The position numbers and the translations under genes are program-made. This document shows positions 27,974 to 40,026 of a stretch of DNA of 64,000 nucleotides, piece after piece. Where the stretch lies: contig JAQGDQ010000891.1 of assembly GCA_030141605.1 (NCBI GenBank), positions 1 to 64,000 of the forward strand, written 5' to 3'. Every line of letters starts with the position of its first letter. The stretch's first letter is position 1. Under the pieces are notes generated by a model, which had not been told where the DNA came from, searched no databases, and saw nothing but the letters and a program-made list of their open reading frames with translations. Origin of the DNA: Tubiluchus corallicola. Taxonomy: Eukaryota; Animalia; Priapulida.

Positions 27974-29635
27974 TCAAATTGGCATAAATATCGATGAATA
28001 GCATTGCTGAAGTTTCAAAAGAACTTTTACAACAATAGCACTGTTTTGATAAACAAACCCTTCACGCAGAGCAATATGGCGCACCGAATGTAGCAATTTC
28101 GACAAAGTCCAACACTTTGTGGGTCCATCGTTAAGAACAGATTCAACTGTCTTACTCTCGGTATCGTTAACAATAAACATCCTTGAACCTGAATACAATT
28201 TCACATTTTCGTCATGGAGTTTCTCATCTGGCATGACGCAGAATGTCAACCACAAGTCTTCATGTTTGTACAGTATCAGCTTGTAAATTCTGCCGGCTGC
28301 AGAAATTCCACGTTTGTTGTAAAATTCTCTGTGAAAACTGACGGGAATTTCGGACAATTCGGTCAGTGGGAGCTCAAACACCACAACGTCTTCTGTAACG
28401 TTTGCAGACATGATGGTTTCCAAAGGAACGAGCTCATCGTCCAGTACAAACGGCAACTGGGTTTTTGACGTTTCCACAGAGAGTGATGGAGTTCTAACTT
28501 TAAGAGAAACATGTAGAGTAATTTCACTAATATTTTGACAAAGCTTGGAGACATATTGCTCTGACAGTATGGTGCAAGTTGACCACTCATTAGAAGCGTC
28601 CCTTTCGAGTTTTTCGCTTACCAAATGCTTAAAATGTTTGTTTCTTACATCAATCCAAGACTCGTTATTAACGATAATTAGATCCTCATCAACAAGAAGC
28701 ACTGCTACTGATAATACTAACTGTTTCTCCGTTAAATATAACATTAGACGACAGTTGGCTTTTTTGGACTGAATCACTTGGTTTTCATTCCAATTAATAA
28801 CACATTTCTGATGTTCATAGTACATTAAATTTGTCTCTTTGAAGACCCTACTTGCAGCTTCAGCTTGCATGTTAAACGTCACATTTGTTCTGCCAACTCG
28901 CAACCTGGCGGATCTGTTAAATTCAGACATTTCAGGCGTTCTGTATATTGCAGTCATGTAATCCTGCATTCGCAAGTCAGATGAAATTACCTGTTCCTCT
29001 AACATGGCAAACCTGATGTTGTCATGAACTGATTTCAATGCGTGATACATGTTCAAAGAGCTTGGATTCATGTTCTCTTGCTGACATTGTCTTTCAGCCC
29101 AAGATAAAACTCTGTCGAATAGCACAGATTCATTCACATTTAGCGCCTTTTCTCCGGTAACCATGGCAACCGTACGGGAGCTCAATTTTAGGAACTTTTC
29201 AGATGTAACAAATTCGTGCGCAAACTCTGCTATTAGTTCTAAACACGCATGTTTTAGATCCGCGTATGCGTACCCATACAACTCCAACGCTGCAATGATA
29301 TCATATACGTTATGCATGCTCATTACAGATTTGAGATAAGAAATGATTTCATTTTCTAGACACGGTAGATTGTACTTAACAGCCAGGTAAAGCAGCGGAA
29401 GTGCAGTTTCCCCAGAGGGCACCACCTCGCCTGTATGCAGAAACTTGATCATCTCGCTAAAGGATTCAGCATCCACATCAGATATGTGCACAACACTAGT
29501 AGGTTCACATGCAAGAGGTCCAGAAAACATGGCCAAAAAAACATCGCCACTGTTTAGCATCACGTGGAGTTTAGCTTTAATTTTTGTATCGCCCACTGAG
29601 AAAGAAACCTCTGATTCAATCTCACTTTCCTGCAT
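27974..29635 (-). CDS. Intronless BTB/POZ-BACK protein (BTBD1/2/3/6-like N-terminus) with atypical C-terminal region, 553 aa
   Basis: Long uninterrupted ORF; BTB motifs SEVSFSVG...VFLAMFSGPL...ISDVDAESFSEMIKFLHT...LLYLAVKYNL; BACK motifs FLKLS...LNVNESVLFDRVLSWAERQC...NIRF. Confidence 0.9.
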   Translation of the reverse strand: MQESEIESEVSFSVGDTKIKAKLHVMLNSGDVFLAMFSGPLACEPTSVVHISDVDAESFSEMIKFLHTGEVVPSGETALPLLYLAVKYNLPCLENEIISYLKSVMSMHNVYDIIAALELYGYAYADLKHACLELIAEFAHEFVTSEKFLKLSSRTVAMVTGEKALNVNESVLFDRVLSWAERQCQQENMNPSSLNMYHALKSVHDNIRFAMLEEQVISSDLRMQDYMTAIYRTPEMSEFNRSARLRVGRTNVTFNMQAEAASRVFKETNLMYYEHQKCVINWNENQVIQSKKANCRLMLYLTEKQLVLSVAVLLVDEDLIIVNNESWIDVRNKHFKHLVSEKLERDASNEWSTCTILSEQYVSKLCQNISEITLHVSLKVRTPSLSVETSKTQLPFVLDDELVPLETIMSANVTEDVVVFELPLTELSEIPVSFHREFYNKRGISAAGRIYKLILYKHEDLWLTFCVMPDEKLHDENVKLYSGSRMFIVNDTESKTVESVLNDGPTKCWTLSKLLHSVRHIALREGFVYQNSAIVVKVLLKLQQCYSSIFMPI

Positions 29636-30695
29636 ATTCGAACGATTCGTCGTACTATTGTTTCCTTACATTATATAAAATACATTATAATAAACACCAG
29701 GTAGGATATTAGTAGTCTCCTAATACACACTGGAGAAAGTATACAAAGGGGGTATATAATAATCATTGTCTTATCAGCAAAAAGGGGTTAATTAAACAGA
29801 GCTAATACCTACATCTTACTGTTACTAATCTTCGGTTTGCACGTGTCACATATTTTTGCGAACTTGCTATGACCCTTGCAATAACAAAGAAAGAATTCCA
29901 CCTGCACGCCTGCAAACGGCGGGTTTAAATACATAACTGAGTGCAAAATCCACAAAAAAACTGCAAATAGTACAGTAATTTATCGTAATTTAGTAAAAAT
30001 TATAGGTAGGAACAATTTTTCTAGTAGTACTTAAATCTGCACATATATCTGTCTGCAATAATTCAAAATTACAAGTTATGTGTTCAGTGGTTGCATAATT
30101 ATACATACAGTTACGTGTAGATTTCAATACGATGCTTTTACCATGTCCTTTTACCAAAATGGACGTATAGTACAAGTCCACTTTTTGTGAGAAAATAATT
30201 GCTGAACACTGGCACTCGTTAAGAAACTTGGTCAGTCAAGTGTTTTTATCGTTACATCATACTCGATATATTCGTTATATTCGATTTATAGACTTCATTG
30301 CTATATAGTACATATATATATACATTGATGTACATATATATAGTTCATTGACAGTAATATTTTCATTTACAACATGTGGGATAAACAATATGGCATAGTT
30401 TTGATGTAGTGGTGCCTAAGGATTGATGGCTATTAATGTATTTTATAAGCTAATAAACCAGATGTTTGATACTGCCCAGCTACCATTAATAGTCTCTCTA
30501 TTTGTCTTCAGAGAATTCCCAATATCAGATCAAGTTGTAATATAATAATCTGATAATAACACAAACGTCTAATCATTCACAAAAAAGTGCCATTTATATG
30601 CATACAGTAGGAGTATATACATACACTTAAACAAATGACCTCCGCTATAACGAGACTCGGTTATAGCGAGCAAGCTTTCAGGGTTCCTTGAAACT

Positions 30696-31063
30696 CATTA
30701 TAAGCGGATTATACTATAGTCGTTATAAGCGGAGTATACTATAGTCGTTATAAGCTGAGTATACTATAGTCGTTATAAGCGGAGTATACTATAGTCGTTA
30801 TAAGCGGAGTATACTATAGTCGTTATAAGCGGAGTATACTATAGTCGTTATAAGCGGAGTATACTATAGTCGTTATAAGCGGAGTATACTATAGTCGTTA
30901 TAAGCGGAGTATACTACAGTCGTTATAAGCGGAGTATACTATAGTCGTTATAAGCGGAGTATACTACAGTCGTTATAAGCGGAGTATACTATAGTCGTTA
31001 TAAGCGGAGTATACTATAGTCGTTATAAGCGGAGTATACTATAGTCGTTATAAGCGAAGTATA
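30696..31063. repeat. 25-bp minisatellite (~14.5 copies) resembling a pogo/Tc1-type TIR end
   Basis: Unit cgttataagcggagtatactatagt; preceded by ccgctataacgag...cggttatagcgag MITE-like sequence at ~30640-30670. Confidence 0.9.
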
Positions 31064-31075
31064 GGTATTTCCTAT

Positions 31076-32020
31076 TTATAGTGTTGTAAAGCCAGCCTCT
31101 CCTGATTTACATTTTATAACCTTGATGAATGCTTGGCGGAAATGTTTGTGCTTCCAAGCGTAGATCAAAGGGTTCACCACCGAACCTAATAGAATCATGA
31201 GATAGCTCATGTATTCCAGATGAAAATATTTTGTACTATCTACTAGAGACTGCGGTTTCAACACTAGCCTAGTACCAATTACGTTAAACGGTACCCAGCA
31301 GATCACATACATGCCAACAACAATGAACATAACCTTTGCAGTTTTTAAGTTATATCTCATACTGCACGTATCCTCCGTAAAGTGGAAAATTTGTCGCTGT
31401 TGGTAAGACGCCACGACCATTATTTTTGTATACGCGTAGCACAACAATCCTATTGAAATAATTCCATGCACGTAAGAAACAATGAGACCTTTTGCGTCAA
31501 TTACATTGTAAAATGAACAATGAATTGCACTTGAAGATGTTGCGCGGTGTCTGTACAAACTCGTAAAAGATATGAAAGCTGACAAGAGCCATATGACGAT
31601 AACAGCAGACACGATTGTTGAGAATTTTACAATACTGGGGTATCGAAGTGGGTAGATTATTGCAATGTATCGCTCTGCAGTAATTGCTAGGAGTGTATTC
31701 ACTGACGCTGCAGCACAAGTCACAGCGCATATAGCCAAAGTAACACATGCCGTTGAGGAAACTGGTGAATTAGACATCAAAGCTAACTCCGTGTAGACGA
31801 GTAAGATGAGACCAATGAGTAAGTCTGATACGGAGAGGTTTACAACAAGCCAATTCAAGTTGTTTTGTAGTTTTTTGAACTTGACAACGGACACGACGAC
31901 TAGCAAATTCAGAATAAAAATGCACGAAGCAATAAAGAGAAAGAGAAATTTGTAACAGATCATGTAGGTGTCAACAATAGTCTCAAAATGTGCTACACTG
32001 ATGTTGACGTTATTTTTCAT
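31076..32020 (-). CDS. Intronless rhodopsin-like (class A) orphan GPCR, 314 aa from first ATG
   Basis: Seven hydrophobic segments; NLSVSDLL (TM2), ERY.AI.YPLRY (TM3), CWVPF (TM6), NPLIY (TM7), FRQAF helix 8; N-glycosylation sequon NIS. Confidence 0.93.
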   Translation of the reverse strand: MKNNVNISVAHFETIVDTYMICYKFLFLFIASCIFILNLLVVVSVVKFKKLQNNLNWLVVNLSVSDLLIGLILLVYTELALMSNSPVSSTACVTLAICAVTCAAASVNTLLAITAERYIAIIYPLRYPSIVKFSTIVSAVIVIWLLSAFISFTSLYRHRATSSSAIHCSFYNVIDAKGLIVSYVHGIISIGLLCYAYTKIMVVASYQQRQIFHFTEDTCSMRYNLKTAKVMFIVVGMYVICWVPFNVIGTRLVLKPQSLVDSTKYFHLEYMSYLMILLGSVVNPLIYAWKHKHFRQAFIKVIKCKSGEAGFTTL

Positions 32021-32468
32021 TATCACTGTTAGCACTTAATGTACAGGACTCAGGTAATAGATATATAATGGTCGAGCTAATAGTATGATTCTTATACGTT
32101 AAAAAGTTCACAATAAACAATAACAGTGTAATATGGTATAATACTAACACGTCTATCACGATTTTCAGAATGACTTTAATCGGTTAGGATGTTCGTTGCT
32201 TTGTTTACTAAATAATCATTCATTCCAATTACCTAATGGAATGTATAATGGATTTGGTTAAATAACAAACACCGTGAAACAACTAATGTACAAACACATT
32301 TACTTCACTTTTAGGAAATTACCAAGGTTCAAACATATTTAAACTGTCACATTTGTTGTGCATTATGCAGCGTAACAATTAGTTTTGTTATGTTATGCCT
32401 TTTAATTCTTATAAAGACAAAATGCATTATTGCAACATTTGTCGACCGTCATATCAGGGAAGTTTCAA

Positions 32469-33100
32469 CAGGGGCGTAGCCAGGTTCTAAAGTTAGGGGG
32501 AGCAAGCACCTAAAAAAGGCGCTTTAGGTGACACATACCAAACAATTTTTAACGCATTGACTATACGCAGGGTGCATAAGATTATGGATATGTATAAAAT
32601 AAATAAAATAGCTTATTTTATGGATTTTTGAAATTTTATTTTATGGATATCAATAAAATAAGAAATGGACTATATCTGGAACGAGATGCCCAGGGGGAAA
32701 TCAATTAAAGAGTAAAGACAGGAGGCTTGAAACGTGTTTTTAAACACGCAGGACTTAGTTTTAATTTTATCAGTTTCATATCCCTTCAAATTTATGGATT
32801 TTCCAAATTTTATTTTATGGATTTTTGGTCTTATTTTATGGATATCCATAATCTTATGCAGCCTGACTATACGTTTTAATTTTGTGTTTGTTTGAAATGA
32901 AAACACAAAAAAGATACGGGTTTAAAGGCAGTACGCAATTGTTATTTTTTTTTAAATTAAAAAAAGTTTTACAGTAAGCTCATAAATCTCAAAACATAAT
33001 AAAAACGTGTTGAAATTAGTCTTAATAATTATTGAAAAGGCAGGAATTTTGAAAAATGTGCCCGAGGGAGCGGTTGCTCCCCCAACTAGATACGCCACTG
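32469..33100. mobile_element. hAT-like MITE (caggggcgtagccag...ctagatacgccactg) hosting a nested MITE
   Basis: Imperfect TIRs; degenerate 8-bp TSD agtttcaa/actgtcaa. Confidence 0.7.
32568..32865. mobile_element. Nested hAT-like MITE
   Basis: TIR cagg(g/c)tgcataagattatggatat; perfect 8-bp TSD actatacg (32560-32567 / 32866-32873). Confidence 0.9.
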
Positions 33101-33416
33101 ACTGTCAAATGCATATTTAGCAGGCAGATTCATCTGAGAATAACACACGTATCTATTTCAGTCGTGTGTAATTGCTTTCTGTTTCCCTTAGTTTAAAGTA
33201 TAGGCACAATATATGTGCTTTAATCAAAATGAAATGAATAACAAACAAGTTTCGAGTCCAGATACAACCGTTCCAATACGTTTAGTAGGTTGTCACCGAA
33301 TGCCTGCATGTAGACTATAGCATGTAGAGTGCAAAACTGTATATAAAATGTTAGCAATCCAAATTTAAAGTAGTCCAATCGGATTATCTAAATAAAGAAC
33401 TCAAAGATCTTTAAAT

Positions 33417-33916
33417 CAGGGGTGTGCAAATTGCGGCCCGGGGGCCACTTGCGACCCGCCGAGACAATTTGTGCAGCCCGCGAAGAGGTTTGTCAACCTA
33501 ATGAAAGTGCGGCCCGGGCGATTAATTGAGTGTATCCAGCTGAAGTCCGTGCCACAATCCCAAAGATAGTGCGGGTAGTTTTTTCTACTAGATCGGATTC
33601 CATTAACCCTTACAAGATGGTTGTAGCTTAATGTCACTGTACTACACAGACTGTGTGATACACATTACTAATATGCATTGTAATGAAATTACCACTATCT
33701 GTCCTGAAAGTAGAAATATATGGTTTGTAATATAAATTTTAATAACTTCTAAAATAGTTTCTTGAGTGTAGTAGTGATGATGTACGCAGGTCGGATGCAA
33801 AAAAATCGTTATTAGGCCTTTCTGTACTTGGCTCCTTGATCAAACTGCATGTGGCCCACAGGAATTGCAGGAAAGTTTAATGTGGCCTGGCTAGTCAGAT
33901 AATTTGCACACCCCTG
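33417..33916. mobile_element. hAT (Charlie-like) MITE family B, copy 1
   Basis: TIR caggggtgtgcaaatt; perfect TSD ctttaaat; ggcccgc subterminal motifs; five copies in the window. Confidence 0.93.
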
Positions 33917-34194
33917 CTTTAAATCATTAGTTTTTTACACAACCATTTTGGAAATAACGAGCAAGGCAAGCCTTAGATAAAACGTCTTCAATTTATTACA
34001 TCTACATAATGGTTTCACCGTATTTACACTTTAAAATGTGAATGAATGCTTGTCTAAAATGCTTAATTATGTTTCCAAGCATAAATTAAAGGAATTCAAC
34101 ACAGAATTTAGCCAAAGCATTATAAAACAGAAATTTCCCATATAAAATTCATACAAGAAATTTAAAATAAGACAGTTTTCTTAATGTTTTGACG

Positions 34195-34362
34195 CCTAAG
34201 ATGGTAGGTTAGGTTATGTGGGCGTGACTATGAAGGCCTAAGATGGTAGGTTAAGTTAAGTGGGCGTGACTATGAAGGCCTTAGATGGTAGGTTAGATTA
34301 TGTGGGCGTGACTATGAAGACCTAAGATGGTAGGTTAGGTTATGTGAGCGTGACTATGAAGA
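34195..34362. repeat. 42-bp tandem repeat x4
   Basis: Unit cctaagatggtaggttaggttatgtgggcgtgactatgaagg. Confidence 0.9.
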
Positions 34363-34537
34363 CACGCTGTTGGGCCTGGCTAAAGATGTTTGGTCATGAG
34401 CAAGTGGTCGGGTCCCAGTCAAAAGTTCCCGAGATGACGTAGTACCGCAAAGTACCCGAAGCGTACTGTTTTAAAAAACATGTTACAACAGTCGTTTCCT
34501 CTAATGATTTTACAAACATAACACGAGCCCATATTCT

Positions 34538-34591
<54 letters not shown>

Positions 34592-34619
34592 CAGTAGCAG
34601 TAGCAGTAGCAGTAGCAGT

Positions 34620-34663
<44 letters not shown>

Positions 34664-34665
34664 CA

Positions 34666-34717
<52 letters not shown>

Positions 34718-35168
34718 TAATAATAATAATAACAACAACAATAATAATAATAATAATAGTAATGATAATAATTTTTATTTAAAGTCGGCTTTTGGATAAA
34801 CATAAAGTTTAAAGAGCTACTTGCCGACTACAAATAACAATTATACAAGTACATAACAAAGACTATTATTACCCCAATTTTACACCAGGCGCCAGGCAGG
34901 TCAACAGCAGGTATCATCACACTCTTTGGCACGACCCGGCCGCTATATCGAACTCATGACCTCCCAGACAGAAAACGGACACGTTACCAACCTACAACTA
35001 CATAACAGAGACTATTATTACCCCACTTTTACCCTAAATACCACGCATCAGGCAGGGCAACAACCGGTACCATTTTTAAAGTCCTTGGTACGACCCGGCC
35101 GCTGGTTCGAACTCACGACCTCCCAGACGGAAAGCAGATGCATTACCACTAGACTAAACCATCTGGTC
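34538..35168 (-). mobile_element. tRNA-derived SINE (probable Meta-domain type) with internal partial duplication and expanded compound microsatellite tail
   Basis: Minus-strand head gaccagatggtttagtctagtggt (A box)...gagttcgaacc (B box), then ggtcgtaccaaggactttaaaaatggtacc; tail runs into (TAA)/(CAG)/(TAG)n at 34538-34770; second copy at 51680-51962. Confidence 0.85.
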
Positions 35169-35910
35169 AAAACTGTTAACAAACTACCTAATAAAACTGT
35201 ACGTCACTTTGGCAAAAATTGACAATTACTAATAAATAACAAATAACGAAAAGGTTTCTTTTGAATCATTTATTTTCAAGAAATCGTACCAGGTGTAGAG
35301 CGCTTTGCCTCACTATATTGTGCGAGTTGCTTTTGATTATGATTCTGCAATGTATTTGCAATGAGTGTAGCCAGCAAACATTTGTTTACAATGATACAAA
35401 TGAAAGTTGCTTAGTACATGTGCATACACAATCATTACCAAAACTGGCTAATTGCAGATGCTGAATCATTGCTAAACGTCTCTACGTCTAGAAAGCAGAA
35501 AAATCTTTCACCGCAATCGATGTGTTGAAAAGTAGAGAAAGCCAAAGTAATCAAAAGAGTTGACATTGCAAATTTTCTTGGCTATGCATAAAAAGAAATA
35601 ATAATAAAACAAAACTGACTTCAAGTACTTTTTTACGACCATGTTAGCAGTATCCTTTTAAATAAGAAGTTTTTTATTTACCTACAAAATGGGCCTAGTG
35701 AGTACCAGACCCTGCCAGTCACTTATCCATTCACTTGCCAACCTCAGCACCGCTTAATCTCGGTGGCCAACTACATGCTGTGATTACTTCACTTAGCATG
35801 AGAATGTAGCTTTAACTAACAACTTGCACAATATGTAAGTTAATCAATACCTTAAAATTAATCAAAATAATACGCCGTTCTACCCTTATAACTGTTAGTA
35901 CATCATTTAA

Positions 35911-36370
35911 CCCTTTCATACCCATTGTATCCCGTGGGATACGAGAATATTTTCTGCCTTAAAATTTAATAAAATTTTAAAACTGAGAGTTATTTGATCT
36001 GTTAATAGTTATTTTGATTTAAGCCAATAACAGTAAACTAAAAATGGTGATAAAATGGCAAACTAGAAAATCTACATAGCACAAAAAACTGCTCAAGGTA
36101 CAGTACTTTAGAGACGACTTTGTACAGATCAGCATAGCGAGCATACTAAACGTCTTAAATACTTTAAAAAATTATCAGCAGTTGCAAAATGAAGCACATT
36201 TTATGCTTCCATTGAATCCCAATGTATCCCGTGGGATACAGGCTATATTTAGCACGCGGGCACAGGTAGAAAAAAATAATTATTATGTGTAAACAAGATG
36301 GACATACTGAACAAAAGTACCAAGCCAAAAATCTTTTTCTTATTAAAAAAATAATTTGGGACTGAAAGGG
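35911..36370. mobile_element. piggyBac-like MITE, copy 1
   Basis: TTAA TSD both sides; termini ccctttca...tgaaaggg; copies at 55782 and 63104. Confidence 0.9.
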
Positions 36371-36782
36371 TTAACTTTTATAAAATTTTACAAATATAAT
36401 TTCTGTCTGGATGATTTGTGTCATGCATTTTTTTGCTTATCCTTTGCAAAAAACATGGCAGATTATCACTGCAGCAGCAGCAATTTGTTTGAGAGTGAAT
36501 TATATAAACGTCTTCGGCAATTTTTTGATATGGATGTCTTCAAGTTAAGTCAAAAATCAAGATTCATGATTGTTGATCAGCACAAACAATAAGTAGCAAA
36601 TTCTTGCAAAAAAAATTAAAAACAATCGCTGTAACTTTGCACTAGGATTCTTTTACACCTCACATAATTGCGACTCAACCAATAGCATGCGTAATCTGTT
36701 ATCACAATCAACTTTCACCAATAAGTGAAGTAATGTGCTACATTTTTTCCCCACTTCACCATATTTCACCATTCGTCCATTT

Positions 36783-36941
<159 letters not shown>

Positions 36942-38060
36942 CTATAAAAAAACATAAAACACTATTGAAATCATGCATAAGAGCGTGCAGAGATTCAGTT
37001 ACGTCCCCTATGGGGGAAGCATGGGTGCGCAGGGCAAATCACGATGGTCTCTAGGGCTGGCAGTCGAAACTTTGAACATTCACTTTGAATTAGCGTTAAA
37101 TACATTCTATAAAATTATGTCTCAAAATGTGAGAATTTTTTTGCTGTTTCTGGCATGAAATAGTCATACAAAAATCCTATCATTACTAGGCAAGAATGTG
37201 TCGTTTGAGTCTGCTTCCAAAAAATACACAAAATTCTTACTAAATGAATATACCTGCAGTACATAACTTGTAAGACTAATAAGCAAGCTAGCAAGTTTTT
37301 TTTCTTTCTTTCTCCTCATCTCCTAAGTAATTGTTGCTCTTTCTCACACTTACTTTTTCTCTTAAATTTTTCTATATTACACTTTTTTGATACTTATTGT
37401 ATCTCTCCATACTCTCAGTTTTTTAACTTTACTCACTAACCTTGGTCAAATTCCCTTGTTAATAAGACCCCTATTGTATGATAATTACTGATTATTACCC
37501 TAATATTATATTATTACCCTGATTATTACCCTAATAATTACTTATTAATTGTATCGTTTTGTTTAGATTTAGGTATCTAACTTTATTATTTTTTGCTTTT
37601 ATTACTTTTTGGATAATTTCCATCATTTATACTGTTTTTCTTATTATTTTTTTCTTATTTGTTTTTTGTTTTTGTTATCTGCATCATCATCATTAATTTT
37701 TAATATGACTAATCTATTTACAAGAAAGGGCAGGAGACTAGATGACCCTATGGTCCTTCCCTGCCCTGCTCCACGATAATAACTATGTAATATTTAAAAA
37801 AAATTTTATGTTAAACTAACTGGAGAAAATAAAATGTTCTATGAGTAAGAAGTCGCATAGACTGTGCTGCTAGCCGCGTTAAGTCTAGCTACTTGCTGAA
37901 TGTTGTATAGCAGAGTATGCGGTAAAATTAAATCACTTGGAAAATCATCAGCAAATTTAACTCTAAAATTATAACAAAACTGTCGGACAATGTTAGCATG
38001 ACCCCGGACACGTTAAAGAATGTAATATTAATAAGTAAGAATCTTGACTGTGAAGCATAC

Positions 38061-38124
38061 CTCAGCATACTGCTCCTCACTCATCCCACCTCTCTTGTGA
38101 ATCTCCGTAATTATAACTCCTGGA
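38061..38124 (-). CDS. SDR exon 8
   Basis: (N)PGVIITEIHKRGGMSEEQYAE; AG/GT boundaries with consistent phase. Confidence 0.88.
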
Positions 38125-38355
38125 CTAAAAACACAAAAGTTCACTAAATAAAGCTACTTATCATTCATTAACACAATATAAATTACCAAATTTACAACTA
38201 CATTATTTTTCTTATAAAAATATGGTTAATAATTTTTTAACAATAAAATGTAAACAATCATTTATAAAGCTTAATTAAAAAAAAATCAATGCATTCAGCA
38301 ACCATGTAAATGTGAGTCACTGTGGCTTTATTGTGACAAGTACCAGGATTAAGAG

Positions 38356-38703
38356 CAGGGGTGTGCAAATTGCGGCCCGCCAAGATATTTGTCAGCCTAA
38401 TGAAAGTGCGGCCCGGGCGATTAATTGAGTGTATCCAGCTGAAGTCCGTGCCACGATCCCAAAGATAGTGCGGGTAGTTTTTTCTACTAGATCGGATAGA
38501 AATATATGGTTTGTAATATAAATTTTAATAACTTCTAAAATAGTTTCTTGAGTGTAGTAGTAATGATGTACGCAGGTCGGATGCAAAAAAAATCATTATT
38601 AGGCCTTTCTGTACTTGGCTCCTTGATCAAACTGCCTGTGGCCCGCAGGAATTGCGGGAAAGTTTAATGTGGCCCGGCTAGTCAGATAATTTGCACACCC
38701 CTG
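38356..38703. mobile_element. hAT MITE family B, internally deleted copy
   Basis: Same TIRs and body as 33417-33916 with internal deletions; TSD degenerate. Confidence 0.88.
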
Positions 38704-38737
38704 CTAAAAAGAGAAAATGCAAAACTGCAAAACTTAC

Positions 38738-38774
38738 TTAACAGCATTTACACGGACACCTTTACCGGCTAAAT
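38738..38774 (-). CDS. SDR exon 7
   Basis: (D)LAGKGVRVNAV(N); tttcag acceptor, gtaagt donor. Confidence 0.88.
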
Positions 38775-39309
38775 CTGAAATGTAAAACCCAAAAAAAAGA
38801 ATTAATCATATAATCTTAATTTCAATATCATCAATTAATAGTAGAATAAACACACAATTCTTAAATTTCTGAAAATAAACCTGACTGAAAGAGGACAATA
38901 TGAATAGTGATTTGAAATGCAAGTGCCTGGTTCAAATCCACGTTAGTCACAACTTTTTCCTGTCTTCAGCCAGGACTTGTTAAGGAAATTAATAATTATG
39001 CAAACATTTCAGCAGGATCAAACAACCTTACAATGAACCAACATGTACAATATGAAATTTCAAACATTTTCAAGTAAATAATGATTTTCTTCAAGTGCAA
39101 CAAACTTTTATACTAAACTTTCTGGCATTTTGCGAGAAACAACAAAAAATAAAACCAGATAGAAACTATGTTTAGTATCTATTCAGTAACATCGAAAGAA
39201 GTTAATATTTTCGAAATTGATATTTTCAAAGAAAAGCCACTTTGATTGTTCTAAAATCACAAATCAAAGCAGTGTTCATATAATAATTAATGTCTAATAA
39301 CATAATCTA

Positions 39310-39785
39310 CAGTGTTCCCTCACTTATCGCGGGTGTTCCATTTCAGGCCCACCCACGATAAGTGAATTTCTGTGAAGTAGGAACGCTATACTTATTTATA
39401 CACAATCGTGTGTTGTGTACAATCTCACGTCGGCAAGTAGCATCTCAAGCGGGCGCAAGTACTACATTTCGTTTTTGGTGTGTATTCATCCGCCGAATAA
39501 ATACACTATTTACTGTAAACGGTAATTTTTTATGATTTATAACATTCTTTTAATGTTAGAATTAATATTTTTAATACATTTTGCGATTTTTTATGTAAAA
39601 TTCATCAAATCTATTCATTACTGTACAATACGAACTACGCATGTGCAAAAATACTTTCGACGGAGTACCGCAAAAACCGCGAAACAGCGGAAATACTGCG
39701 ATAAATATTTTACATTAATATTTTTGAAAACCCGCGAAACAGCGAGTCCGCGATAAACGAACCGCGAAGTAGCGAGGAAACAATG
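39310..39785. mobile_element. pogo/Tigger-like MITE
   Basis: ta-cagtgttccctcacttatcgcgg ... ccgcgaagtagcgaggaaacaatg-ta; TA TSD. Confidence 0.8.
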
Positions 39786-39956
39786 TATTGTGTTCTTTTT
39801 ACAATCAAACGGTGTCCATCAGGAGAGAAACAATCACCACAAGTTCTTTTACTAATTTTCTCAGTGAAACGATTTTCAGGCGAAGAACTTAACCTCTATG
39901 AATTTAAACAAACAATTTTCACTCGTGTAATTCAATCACAAGAAAACATTACCAAC

Positions 39957-40026
39957 CCAAAGCAGTGCACCTGGTGAACTGATCAATAGCGGCTTTAGAC
40001 ATACAGTATGGCAGCACGTTGGGGAA
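39957..40026 (-). CDS. SDR exon 6 (catalytic YxxxK)
   Basis: FPNVLPYCMSKAAIDQFTRCTAL; YCMSK motif; donor gttggt. Confidence 0.9.

Noticed and set aside
34195-34362. Telomeric TTAGG repeats
   Set aside because: Only one or two TTAGG per 42-bp unit; not a telomeric array.
35090-35168. tRNA gene
   Set aside because: A and B boxes are present, but there is no proper acceptor stem and the sequence continues into a repeated SINE body.
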